A DNA stretch of 50,054 nucleotides from Promethearchaeota archaeon (GCA_019894975.1 JAGXNO010000027.1:1-50054); one strand, 5' to 3'; counted from the first letter of the stretch, positions 1 through 10,038 are shown. Program-made: numbers and translations. The notes: a model not told the origin generated them from the sequence alone.

Positions 1-961
1 GAATTATCGGTTCATCCAAGTCTGCTTCTTTTTTAGGAGGTTTCAAATACACTCGAATTAATTTCAATTCTTGGAAAATACGATGGCGTAGTGCATTTAT
101 ATTTTCATTATTTTTTGCTGAAATCGTGACCCAATGATTATGTCCTATAGATTCCGTGATTTCTTCTGGGGAGAGTGGATTCCTCATCAAATCTACTTTA
201 TTTATTACAATAAATTCTTTGGTATAAATCCGATTTCCCATTATAAAATCAATTAATTGATCTGGTGTAGTATTTGGTTCAGGAAAATGTACACCAGCAC
301 TATTTAGACCCAATTCGTTTAATAAAGCTTTAACCTCATTTTTATCCATTAATTGATGACCTTTTGAGGTGAAGTGAACCCCACCTCGAGTTTGTTCTTT
401 AATAATAATACGTGGTGGTTGAATATTTAACCTGATTCCTGCATTATAAAGTTCATTTCTAATATTTTTTAAATCTTGAAAATTGATAGTCCCATCTTCT
501 CGAAAACATATAATTATTAGAATTAATTCAGATGACCGTACAGTACCCAAGACTTCCTTACCTTTACCTTTTCCAGTTGCTGCCCCTAATACGATACCAG
601 GTAAATCAATCAACTGAATCTTAGCGTCTTCAATATCCATCATACCAGGAATGGCGGTTACGGTAGTAAAATCGTATGCGGCGACCTTGGAATGAGTATC
701 ACCTTCGGTTAAAAGGTTAAGCAATGACGATTTTCCAACTGACGGAAATCCAATAAAAGCCACTTGAGCATCACCTGATTTTTTAATCCCAAATCCTCCA
801 CCACCTCCTTTTTTAGAACTTACAATTTTAATCATAGTTTCTCGGAGTTTTGCTAACTGGGCTTTAATATAATTTATACTACGCTGAGTGGCCTTATTTG
901 GGATAGTCGATGCTAAACGTTCCTCAAGCTCCTTTATTCGATCTTCAATTTTTTCACTCAT
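1..961 (-). CDS. drg: DRG/Rbg1-family (OBG superfamily) GTPase, truncated by window edge
   Basis: Not in ORF track. Manual translation from ATG at 961 gives MSEKIEDRIKELEERLASTIPNKATQRS...GFGIKKSGDAQVAFIGFPSVGKSSLL...AAYDFTT...IQLIDLPG, matching the DRG N-terminus and G1/G2/G3 motifs. Confidence 0.93.
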   Translation of the reverse strand, partial: MSEKIEDRIKELEERLASTIPNKATQRSINYIKAQLAKLRETMIKIVSSKKGGGGGFGIKKSGDAQVAFIGFPSVGKSSLLNLLTEGDTHSKVAAYDFTTVTAIPGMMDIEDAKIQLIDLPGIVLGAATGKGKGKEVLGTVRSSELILIIICFREDGTINFQDLKNIRNELYNAGIRLNIQPPRIIIKEQTRGGVHFTSKGHQLMDKNEVKALLNELGLNSAGVHFPEPNTTPDQLIDFIMGNRIYTKEFIVINKVDLMRNPLSPEEITESIGHNHWVTISAKNNENINALRHRIFQELKLIRVYLKPPKKEADLDEPII

Positions 962-1084
962 TCCGAGTATAAAAATTTACGATAGCCAAAATATTTTTCT
1001 AAAAAGATCTTATTTGTTAAATCAAGTTGAATTTAAATGAATGAGAAGATTTCAATATATAATAATCAAGAGAAGTAATGAAAA

Positions 1085-2017
1085 ATGATTCGTAATTTAT
1101 TAAAAGTCTCAGATTTTTCAAAAGAAGAGTGTGAGAGAGTTATAAATAAATCAATTGAGGTTAAAAAAAATCCTAAGAAATTTCGCTCAAGTTTAGAAGG
1201 GGAAACCCTATTAATGCTATTTGAAAAACCATCCTTGAGGACTCGAATTTCTTTTGAAACTGGGATGCAGCAACTAGGCGGTCATGCCATTTTTTATTCG
1301 ATTAAGGATTCACCTTTAGGCAAAAAAGAAAATATAAGTGATACCGCGAAAGTTGCTTCAAGGTTTGTCAATATAATAGCAGCACGTGTTTATAAAAGGC
1401 AGGATGTATGGAATCTAGCTAAGTATGCGGATGTGCCTGTTATCAATATGCTTGATGATTACGCACACCCGTGTCAGATTCTTGGAGACTTTCAAACAAT
1501 AAAAGAAAAAAGAGGAAGTCTTGAAAACTTTAAATTAGCATATTTTGGCGATGGATTTAACAACGTGACTTATGAACTAATGAGAATGTGTGCGATATAT
1601 GGTTTGAGAATGGACGTAGCCTGTCCTAATAATCCTGAATATTCACCAGAACAATCTGTTATAGATGAAGTATTAGAACTGTCGAAAAATAATGGAGCTA
1701 AGGTAAAAGTAGTCAACAATGCATTAGAAGCAGCTAAAGATGCTGACGTTATATATACAGACAGTTGGATGAGTTATGGGATCCCAAAAGAACAAGAAGA
1801 GGAGAGAAAAAAAGCATTTATGCCCTATCAAGTTACTTCCTCAATTATGGAAGCAGCAAAGTCAGACGCAATATTCATGAATTGCTTACCTGCAATGAGA
1901 GAATATGAACAAACTGCGGAAGTTATAGATGGTCCTCAATCAGTAGTTTTTGATCAAGCAGAAAATCGGTTACATATTCAAAAAGCAATAATGTTATTCT
2001 TACGAGACAAATTCTAG
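1085..2017 (+). CDS. argF: Ornithine carbamoyltransferase, probably catabolic
   Basis: FEKPSLRT carbamoyl-P motif, HPCQ, YTDSWMSY, FMNCLP, DQAENRLH; carbamate kinase lies nearby. Confidence 0.92.
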   Translation: MIRNLLKVSDFSKEECERVINKSIEVKKNPKKFRSSLEGETLLMLFEKPSLRTRISFETGMQQLGGHAIFYSIKDSPLGKKENISDTAKVASRFVNIIAARVYKRQDVWNLAKYADVPVINMLDDYAHPCQILGDFQTIKEKRGSLENFKLAYFGDGFNNVTYELMRMCAIYGLRMDVACPNNPEYSPEQSVIDEVLELSKNNGAKVKVVNNALEAAKDADVIYTDSWMSYGIPKEQEEERKKAFMPYQVTSSIMEAAKSDAIFMNCLPAMREYEQTAEVIDGPQSVVFDQAENRLHIQKAIMLFLRDKF

Positions 2018-2052
2018 ATTAATTAAATGTTAATATTCTCTGAGGTATTTAG

Positions 2053-3276
2053 TTGAAAGAAGAAGATAATACCAGTCGTGAAAAGAGAAATATTACTAAG
2101 GATGATATATTTCTTAAAGCAAGAATTCTTTCAGAAGGAATTCGAGTAAAGGTGAAGAAACAACCTGAAACAGGGTCACCCTATCGACCTATAGTTTTGG
2201 AGGGTTGTGATCTAGTGGTTATGCCTTTACCAAATCAATATTCTCGTCTGGAAGCTATCGTTAATGGTGAAGATGTAGTTATTTCTGATATGGGTAAGGT
2301 TTTAAGCCCAGGAAAATTTGAAGTACGACGTTCCTGGCATGATGAAAAGATGAGTGATGGAATGTCAGCAGGAACTATTTATTCATATTCGGCTAGCTCA
2401 ACAAGTATTATAAATATTATTATGAATTTTCGATGTTATAATTATGATTCAGGACAAGGTTGCAAGTATTGTGGGTTATTTGCCTCCCCACGCACTAAAG
2501 GGCTTCCAATTAATGTTACTCAGAAGATGACTCGCTCCCATGTAGAACTTGCTGTAATCGCTGCCAAGAATGGTTGGCGTGGTACACTCTCCATAACTGG
2601 AGGAGCCTATCCACCATCACAACGCAGTCGCACGATTCATGATCTTGAAAGCGTGATGGATCAATTAACTAAATCTCTTGATGATGATATACTCTCAGAA
2701 CTCCACGTGGCACCTAATGTGTATCCCCCAAAAGATTTAGAGGAATTGTATAAATGGAAGGAAATGGGGATCAATGCTGCTGAATTTGATCTTGAAGTAA
2801 TGGATCCAGCATATTTCAAAGCCATCTGTCCTGGCAAAAGTAAAGCTTGGCCTCAGGAATACTGGAAAGAAGCCCAAGAGGTAGCAGTTGAGGTATTTGG
2901 AAGAGGGCGTGGTTCCTTTCAAAGCATGGTTACAGGAATCGAGCCAATGGATTCACTAGTTGAGGGCATAGAAGAACGGATTTCAAAAGGAGTCTATAGC
3001 GCCCCTCTAATAATGGTTCCCACAACTGGTTCTCCTTATGAACAATTTCGTCCGCCTAACGCTAACTGGTATGTAGAAGCAGCCGAAAAGATATCCGATA
3101 TTTATTTTAAATATGCAGACACTCTCGATGTTAATCTTCTAACCGATAATCGCCCTGGTTTCACACGTGTGGGTCTGTCTTATCCCAATATACTCGTTCG
3201 TGATGAAATGATGCGCCGTTTGCAGGAACAAGGCAGGTATCCTCCGGGGTTGCCTAGTCAAGATTTCATCGCGTAA
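2053..3276 (+). CDS. Radical SAM protein with non-canonical CX8CX2C motif, function unknown
   Basis: CYNYDSGQGCKYC, ITGG, 'DLEVMDPAYFKAICPGK' and 'MVTGIEPMDS' segments resemble BioB/HydE-like barrels; TTG start after GAGGT. Confidence 0.8.
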   Translation: MKEEDNTSREKRNITKDDIFLKARILSEGIRVKVKKQPETGSPYRPIVLEGCDLVVMPLPNQYSRLEAIVNGEDVVISDMGKVLSPGKFEVRRSWHDEKMSDGMSAGTIYSYSASSTSIINIIMNFRCYNYDSGQGCKYCGLFASPRTKGLPINVTQKMTRSHVELAVIAAKNGWRGTLSITGGAYPPSQRSRTIHDLESVMDQLTKSLDDDILSELHVAPNVYPPKDLEELYKWKEMGINAAEFDLEVMDPAYFKAICPGKSKAWPQEYWKEAQEVAVEVFGRGRGSFQSMVTGIEPMDSLVEGIEERISKGVYSAPLIMVPTTGSPYEQFRPPNANWYVEAAEKISDIYFKYADTLDVNLLTDNRPGFTRVGLSYPNILVRDEMMRRLQEQGRYPPGLPSQDFIA

Positions 3277-3307
3277 CCATATGAAGTTTCAGATTTTTCA
3301 ATCATTC

Positions 3308-3703
3308 TTATAAAGGGATATTCTTTTTTATTTTCACGGCGGCAAAAATTGAAATAATATTTCCTCCGCCTAATATTGCTCCGATTAATATTATAATCCA
3401 CGCTATTTTTGCTGTCTTAGATGTATCCACTCCTAAGAATACGATCGTACCAATAATTGTTAGGACCCCACCTGAAATCAAAATAAATTGAAAAATTGTA
3501 ACAAATAATCTTCCTAAAATTAGGAATTCAGGATACAAAACTAACATCAGTGACCCAATAAGTATTGAAACAGCTCCTCCGAGAATCCCCAAAACGCTTC
3601 CTCCTGTCTTTGATGTTGATTTAATTTTTGACTCGTCTAGACAATAGGGACAAACATTTTCCCCTGGGGGGATATCATTCTTACAATATATACATTTTAC
3701 CAT
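3308..3703 (-). CDS. Zinc-ribbon membrane protein (CxxC-x10-CxxC plus about 3 TM helices)
   Basis: CIYC...CPYC at the N-terminus followed by Gly-rich hydrophobic segments. Confidence 0.75.
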   Translation of the reverse strand: MVKCIYCKNDIPPGENVCPYCLDESKIKSTSKTGGSVLGILGGAVSILIGSLMLVLYPEFLILGRLFVTIFQFILISGGVLTIIGTIVFLGVDTSKTAKIAWIIILIGAILGGGNIISIFAAVKIKKNIPL

Positions 3704-4067
3704 TTGAATATTTCCTTTTTTTTGGAGTTCAATTTTTATCTCATGTTGTTAGATACTATCCTCTTTTTCACATAAAGACATTTATGGGAAAAATTAGATT
3801 TCAATTATATAATAGGATTTAATCACTTTTAAATATATAAATAAAACAAGCAAACAAGATTTTGTTGGGTATTGTGCTTCTATAGGATTTAATATTCACA
3901 CATTTACCTAAGGTTTTACTTTATATTTTGGTATGTGTGCGAGTTTGCAAACCGAAATCTGAAATAATAAGAAAGACACCAAATCCTCTCAACAAATTTT
4001 AAATAATAAGGTTAATATTATCTATTTTTCATTTACATTGATGTAATTTTACTTAGAGGTTTATTAA

Positions 4068-4976
4068 TTGAAAACAATAATAATAGCTTTAGGCGGGAAT
4101 GCATTAATCAAATTTGGAGATGAGGGTACAACCGAAGAGCAATTCAGAAATCTAAGAGTACCCATTAGTCAGATTGCAGAATTAGCAAAGAAATATAATA
4201 TTATAATAACTCACGGTAATGGTCCTCAAGTAGGGAATTTATTACTGCAACAAGAAGCCACTAAAGCAGTTTCAAAGAGACCATTACAAATTTTAGTTGC
4301 TGAAACACAAGGTCAGATTGGGTTTATGATTGAATCCACCCTTGATGAAGAACTAATGAAAATTGGCCTTGATGAAGAGAAATTATTTCTTACAATCCTT
4401 ACTTATGTTAAAGTAGATGCTGAAGATCCAGCATTCTTAAATCCTACTAAACCTATTGGTCCTGCTTATTCCGTTCCAAAACCCGGATATATAAAAACGG
4501 CAAAGGGTTATCGTCGTGTTGTTCCCTCACCAAAACCTATTAAAATTTATCAGTGGCGTGAAATAAAAAAATTAATGGAATTAGGTAGTTGGATTGTAAT
4601 CGCCTGCGGTGGCGGGGGTATTGCGGTGATAAAAGAGAAGAAAAGACTATATGGAGTCGAGGCGGTTATTGATAAGGATCTTGCGAGTGCTAAATTAGCA
4701 GAGCAAATTGAAGCAGATATCTTATTGATAGCTACAGATGTTAATAAAGTTTCCCTTAACTATGGAACCCCAAGTCAACAAGAATTATCTAAATTATCAA
4801 CCTCAGAGGCAAAGAAATATCTAGAAGAAGGTCAATTTCCCCCAGGAAGTATGGGACCAAAAATTCAAGCAGTTGTTAATTTTCTGGAATCAGGTGGGGA
4901 AAGAGCAATAATAACTTCAATTGATAAAATTATCGATGCATTAGAAGGAAATGCAGGAACACAAGTATATAGATGA
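4068..4976 (+). CDS. arcC: Carbamate kinase
   Basis: IALGGNA, THGNGPQVG, PTKPIGP, RRVVPSP, GVEAVIDKD, GSMGPK. Confidence 0.96.
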   Translation: MKTIIIALGGNALIKFGDEGTTEEQFRNLRVPISQIAELAKKYNIIITHGNGPQVGNLLLQQEATKAVSKRPLQILVAETQGQIGFMIESTLDEELMKIGLDEEKLFLTILTYVKVDAEDPAFLNPTKPIGPAYSVPKPGYIKTAKGYRRVVPSPKPIKIYQWREIKKLMELGSWIVIACGGGGIAVIKEKKRLYGVEAVIDKDLASAKLAEQIEADILLIATDVNKVSLNYGTPSQQELSKLSTSEAKKYLEEGQFPPGSMGPKIQAVVNFLESGGERAIITSIDKIIDALEGNAGTQVYR

Positions 4977-4997
4977 AATAAATTGCACTATATTCTT

Positions 4998-5945
4998 TTA
5001 ATCTTTTTCCTCTCTTACGATAATAAATATTGAAAAAATAATGATGAGAGTTCCAAATAGGTGGAATACTGTAAAGATATCTCCAAGAATTAACCAAGCA
5101 AAAAAAGCCGACACAATAGGTGTTAAAGAATTAATGATACTTGCTTTCCCTATTTCTATATATGTCAGGGTTTTATACCAGAGGAATAAACTGAAACCAT
5201 AGTCAACACCCATTAATATAAAGAATATATAATTTTCAAAATCTAAAATTAACAACAGATTTTCAATAGGAAAAATAATTATATACAATATAAACAAGAT
5301 TATTCCACTCATCAAGTTTCTGATAAAAACAACTTGAGTAGGGAATATTTCATTTCTATCAAACCCGGATTTTGTAAATGTATGAAAAAACGTAAATAGA
5401 ACAACACAGATTATTAAAATCATCACGCCCATGTTAAATTCAATTAGATTGAATGAGCCCTCAGATATGGCAAGTAATAAACCGAGAAAAAGGACAATAC
5501 AAAAGATAATTTGTATTTTAGAAATTCTTTTTTCTTTAAGAAATATCACCCCAAATACTAAAGCAAAAATTATCTCACTTTTTAAGGTTAAGGAACTATT
5601 TATTGCCCCTGCTATGTCAAAACCTATATATAATAATATGGGAACAACACTGAATATTAATCCTATTGTAATAAGAAGATTCAAATTTTTCTTTTTCTTC
5701 CAACCATTCAATAATGAATCTCTGATTTGCAGATCAAAAGCGTTGTTCTTGTTTTGGAACAATCTTCTTCTTTCTATTAGATACAATGGTAAGAAGATTA
5801 ATGCTTCAACTAAAGCTGTCATAGTAGCAAACATAAAGGGATCAATAATCGATGGTCTTGCAATCGAAATTACTGGCTGTAAACCTATTAAAAAGACTCC
5901 AATTGACCCAAAAGTTATTCCTTTTTTAAAATTATAATTGCTCAC
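4998..5945 (-). CDS. DMT/EamA family transporter
   Basis: About 10 hydrophobic segments with a two-repeat EamA pattern (LFGVIFLKE; FAWLILGD); GTG start. Confidence 0.85.
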   Translation of the reverse strand: MSNYNFKKGITFGSIGVFLIGLQPVISIARPSIIDPFMFATMTALVEALIFLPLYLIERRRLFQNKNNAFDLQIRDSLLNGWKKKKNLNLLITIGLIFSVVPILLYIGFDIAGAINSSLTLKSEIIFALVFGVIFLKEKRISKIQIIFCIVLFLGLLLAISEGSFNLIEFNMGVMILIICVVLFTFFHTFTKSGFDRNEIFPTQVVFIRNLMSGIILFILYIIIFPIENLLLILDFENYIFFILMGVDYGFSLFLWYKTLTYIEIGKASIINSLTPIVSAFFAWLILGDIFTVFHLFGTLIIIFSIFIIVREEKD

Positions 5946-6006
5946 GCTAAGATGAGAAAATTAAAAAAGAATTAAAAAGTTAGGAATAAATCTTAATGGT
6001 TGAAAT

Positions 6007-7266
6007 TTACTGAATCAAAACTTTCTCAATTACTTCAATCGCCCAATCAATTTCTTCCCGAGTGATGACCAGTGGTGGGGCAAATCTGATGGTCGTTGAA
6101 TGAGTATCTTTTGCTAGGATTCCGTTATCTTTTAGTTCCTCAACTATTTGTCTAGCATCCTCCATGAATTCCACAGCTATTAATAATCCTTTCCCCCTTA
6201 TTTCCTTAATTGGAATCTTTGTTCTTTTTTCAGCAACTTCTTTAAGTCTTTTCATAAAATAAGCGCCCATTTCTTTTGATCGTTCAGCAAGGTTTTCACG
6301 TAAATGAATGTCTATTGATTTCATAGCAACGGCACATGCAAGTGGATTGCCACCAAAAGTACTACCATGTGTTCCAGGTTTAATTACATCTGGACCCACA
6401 ATATCTTTAGTGGATACAACTGCAGAAACAGGATATACTCCTCCCCCAAGAGCCTTGCCTAATAACATCATATCGGGTTTCACGTCCTCATGATCACACG
6501 CAAAAAATTCTCCAGTTCTACAAAATCCGGTTTGAATTTCATCTAAGACCATAAGGATATTATATTTAGTGCAAATTTCTCTTACCTTCTTTAGATATCC
6601 TTCTGGAGGAACGTTCACACCTGCTTCTCCTTGAATAGGTTCCAATAAAAATGCTGTAATTTTTTCAGGTCCCGTTTCTAGAATAATATTTTCTAACTCT
6701 TCAGCATCCCCATAAGGAATTATTATAAATCCGGGAGTATATGGGCCAAAGTTTCCGTAATAACGGACTGCTGAAATATCTGAGCTAAATCCCGCAATTG
6801 TGATTGTTCTCCCATGAAAATTATTCCTACATACAATTATTTTCGCTTCATTTTTGGGTATCTTTTTTTTAATATATCCCCATGCTCTAGCTACTTTTAA
6901 TCCTGTAGAGACTGCTTCTGTACCTGTATTCATAGGAAGACTCATTATACCTGCATTTTTCGGGTCGTTAATGTGTGGTCCTACAACCTCGGCTAACATC
7001 TTAAGGAAAGGACCCATTAAATCATTATGAAATGCTCGAGATGTAAGGGTAACGGTATCTGCTTGCTCTTTTAAAGCAGCTATAATTTCAGGGTGACAAT
7101 GACCAGTATTTTGGCTGGAATAAGCAGATAGACAATCTAAGTATTTTTTACCTTCAGGATCATACACCCACACCCCGTTTGCCTTCGATATTACAACGGG
7201 GATAGGATGATAATTGTGAGCGCAATATTCATTATCCATATCGATAAAATCTTTTGAACTTGGCAT
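6007..7266 (-). CDS. rocD: Ornithine--oxo-acid aminotransferase (class III PLP)
   Basis: AHNYHPIPVVI, LSAYSSQNTGHCHP, LTSRAF, EPIQGEAGV, DEIQTG, LGKALGGG, HGSTFGGNP. Start placed at ATG 7266; the ORF track begins at 7281. Confidence 0.93.
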   Translation of the reverse strand: MPSSKDFIDMDNEYCAHNYHPIPVVISKANGVWVYDPEGKKYLDCLSAYSSQNTGHCHPEIIAALKEQADTVTLTSRAFHNDLMGPFLKMLAEVVGPHINDPKNAGIMSLPMNTGTEAVSTGLKVARAWGYIKKKIPKNEAKIIVCRNNFHGRTITIAGFSSDISAVRYYGNFGPYTPGFIIIPYGDAEELENIILETGPEKITAFLLEPIQGEAGVNVPPEGYLKKVREICTKYNILMVLDEIQTGFCRTGEFFACDHEDVKPDMMLLGKALGGGVYPVSAVVSTKDIVGPDVIKPGTHGSTFGGNPLACAVAMKSIDIHLRENLAERSKEMGAYFMKRLKEVAEKRTKIPIKEIRGKGLLIAVEFMEDARQIVEELKDNGILAKDTHSTTIRFAPPLVITREEIDWAIEVIEKVLIQ

Positions 7267-7526
7267 GATTTTCAATATCAAACTTATATTAATCGATTAC
7301 TATGAAACGAAATGAAAAGGTTCATTAAACTTTTTTCAAATTTATATGAAATTACCTTTTTTTATAAAAATTATGAAATCCGTCAATTTCCATAAGGATT
7401 AGTGAGATATTATTAAAAATTCAAGCTCAATTTATGAAAAACTAAAATTTATATACAAATGGAAGAAGAGTAACATTGGCAAAATTTATATAAAAAAATA
7501 AATCCAAAAAAAAGTGATCTAAAAAA

Positions 7527-9977
7527 ATGAGAAAAAAAATAACAATAACTACTATTGTTTTAATTATTTTGTTTCTATTTATTCCATTAACTCCTGTATA
7601 TGCATGTAGAAGTTGGAATCGTAAAAGAATTACAATTATTAGAGACGATTATGGTGTTCCTCATGTTTTTGCCAAAACTAAAGAGGATTTGGGTTTTGGT
7701 GCAGGATATGCTATGGCTCAAGATAGATTATGGCAAGCAGATATCTACAGGAGATCTGCTTTCGGAAATCTAGCAGAATTTGGTATGGCCTCAATTAATC
7801 AAGATTATGAGGCAAGGAAAATAGGATATAGTAAAGAAGAATTAACAGAAATCTTTAATAAATGGGAGCCTGTTAACCCAAAAGCAAAGCTAAAAGAAAT
7901 GAATTTAGCATATATTGATGGTATTAATCAATATATTACTGAAGCTTTGACAGCATATTCCACGGGTGACCCTTCTCTTATGCCCGTAGAATATCTTCCA
8001 GGAGTAATTAGTCCAACCGGTTTCCCCCTTGAACCATTCACTATCGCTGATTGTGCAGCCATTACAGTAATGATGGCGTGGAGATTTGGTGGAACGGGAG
8101 GTAATGAGCTTAGCTACATGTCAGCTCTTCAAGCTTTGCAAATGGAACACGGAGATGTGTTAGGATGGTCAATGTTTAATGATCTTTATCCTCAACAAGA
8201 TCCAGGTGCTGAGGTTACAATTCCTGGTACTGGTTGTAAATTTGATAATTCTAAATTATCTGATCCTATGATGGAACTACCTGGTAATTTAGGAACGCTA
8301 TATAATGAATACCAGCAAATACAAATGGGACAAACTCAATTATTGGAATCTCTTGGGATACCGACTAAATTTGGAAGTAACGCTTGGGTAGTTCATCCCA
8401 AAAAGACAACTACTAAAAACGCAATGGAACTGGGAGGACCTCAGATGGGTCATTCAATTCCTCAGATTGTTCTAGAAATAGGCTTACATGGTGCGGGTAT
8501 TGATGCTGTAGGTATGATGATGCCCCAGGCCCCTTCAATATTAATTGGTGTGAGCAGAGATGGTGCTTGGACATCGACAACTGGTGGTTCAGATGCAATG
8601 GATACCTACATTGAAGTTTTGAATGAAGATGATCATACTCAATACTGGTATAATGGTGGTGTTGTAGACATGGAAGTCAGAAATGAAACATTTTATTCGG
8701 CTTTAGAACCTACTCAAGTAATTCCCATTTATCGTACTATACATGGACCTATCCTTTTTATTGATGAGGCTAACCATCTTGCTTTTACAGTAAAATCACC
8801 ATATTATAAAAATGAGTTTGCTGCAGAAGAGGGATGGTCACTCTTTCAACAAGCAAGAAACATCTGGGATATGCAAGACGCGGTTAAGACCATACAACCA
8901 TCTCATAATTTCTTGTGGGCAGATCGACGGGGAAATGTAGGATATTGGCATGCTGGGACATATCCAATCAAACCAGAAACAGGTAAAGATGGTCGACTTA
9001 TTGATGATAGATTACCTTTATGGGGTACTGGAGAAGAAGAATGGGTTGGTCTTACAGGCTTCAATGAAATGCCTAAATGTATAAATCCAAAACAAGGATT
9101 CCTTACTAATTGGAACAATAAACCCATAGCAGATTGGCCTTACGCAGAAGCAGATTGGGGTGAAGGACATCGGATTAAAAGAATACAAGATCTACTAGCA
9201 TCCGATGATAAGATTTCTTTTGAAGATATGAACAGAATAAATATGGATGCGGGATATAATCATATAGCTGCGATGAGTTTTCTTGATGACCTAATTGAAG
9301 CAGCAAGTATATCTATGGATCCTGATATTCAAGCAGCCTTACCATATTTGGAAGAATGGAATCTTCATTACAATGATGTAGAAAATCCAAGATATCCTGA
9401 TCCAACAGCCACTTATGATGATCCTGGACTTACAATCTTTGATAAATGGTATCAGAAAATTGATAATGAAGTTTTTGATGATGATATTCCTTCTGGTGCT
9501 AGAGCAGGATCCAGTACTCTAATACACGTGTTTGATGGTGTTGATTCAAAGTTGCCATTATCCTATGATTATTTAAATGGTGAAAAGAAAAGTGAAGTTA
9601 TAAATCGAGTTCTTAAAGAGGCAATCACAGACTTACAATCGATAATTGGACCAGATATGTCAACTTGGCTTACTCCAGTCCAGGTAGTATGGTTTAGTCA
9701 ACAAGGTGCTTTGCCATCACCAGTCATGCATGCTATGAATCGTGGTACCTACAATCAGATTGCAGAAATGGTAAAAGGAAAACGGTGGTGGAAACCTGCA
9801 CCACATGCTGTTAATGTAATTCCACCAGGACAAAGTGGTTTCATGAACTACTTAGGTGAATATAATCATGCTTACGACCAGCTTGAATTATATGAAACTT
9901 GGACTTATAAACCAATGCGATATTACTTCTGGGATATATGGAGTGTTAAAGAATCAGTTTTATATCTTAACTATTAA
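7527..9977 (+). CDS. Penicillin acylase family (Ntn-hydrolase, S45) exported protein
   Basis: IIRDDYGVPHVFA, YAMAQDRLWQ, GSNAW autocleavage nucleophile, NWNNKP, PPGQSG; N-terminal basic plus hydrophobic signal ending VYAC. Confidence 0.92.
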   Translation: MRKKITITTIVLIILFLFIPLTPVYACRSWNRKRITIIRDDYGVPHVFAKTKEDLGFGAGYAMAQDRLWQADIYRRSAFGNLAEFGMASINQDYEARKIGYSKEELTEIFNKWEPVNPKAKLKEMNLAYIDGINQYITEALTAYSTGDPSLMPVEYLPGVISPTGFPLEPFTIADCAAITVMMAWRFGGTGGNELSYMSALQALQMEHGDVLGWSMFNDLYPQQDPGAEVTIPGTGCKFDNSKLSDPMMELPGNLGTLYNEYQQIQMGQTQLLESLGIPTKFGSNAWVVHPKKTTTKNAMELGGPQMGHSIPQIVLEIGLHGAGIDAVGMMMPQAPSILIGVSRDGAWTSTTGGSDAMDTYIEVLNEDDHTQYWYNGGVVDMEVRNETFYSALEPTQVIPIYRTIHGPILFIDEANHLAFTVKSPYYKNEFAAEEGWSLFQQARNIWDMQDAVKTIQPSHNFLWADRRGNVGYWHAGTYPIKPETGKDGRLIDDRLPLWGTGEEEWVGLTGFNEMPKCINPKQGFLTNWNNKPIADWPYAEADWGEGHRIKRIQDLLASDDKISFEDMNRINMDAGYNHIAAMSFLDDLIEAASISMDPDIQAALPYLEEWNLHYNDVENPRYPDPTATYDDPGLTIFDKWYQKIDNEVFDDDIPSGARAGSSTLIHVFDGVDSKLPLSYDYLNGEKKSEVINRVLKEAITDLQSIIGPDMSTWLTPVQVVWFSQQGALPSPVMHAMNRGTYNQIAEMVKGKRWWKPAPHAVNVIPPGQSGFMNYLGEYNHAYDQLELYETWTYKPMRYYFWDIWSVKESVLYLNY

Positions 9978-10013
9978 AGAGTGTAAAAATAATAATCAAA
10001 TATTAAATAATAA

Positions 10014-10038
10014 TTTCTTTTTTTTTTGTTCTTGGTTT
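10014..10038 (+). terminator. Oligo-T tract, probable archaeal intrinsic terminator
   Basis: TTTCTTTTTTTTTTGTTCTT run shortly downstream of the acylase stop, between convergent genes. Confidence 0.45.

Noticed and set aside
1104-3301. 17/18-nt direct repeat AAGT(C/T)TCAGATTTTTCAA at 1104-1121 and 3284-3301
   Set aside because: One copy is inside the OTC coding sequence and no integrase or transposase is present; chance in AT-rich DNA cannot be excluded.
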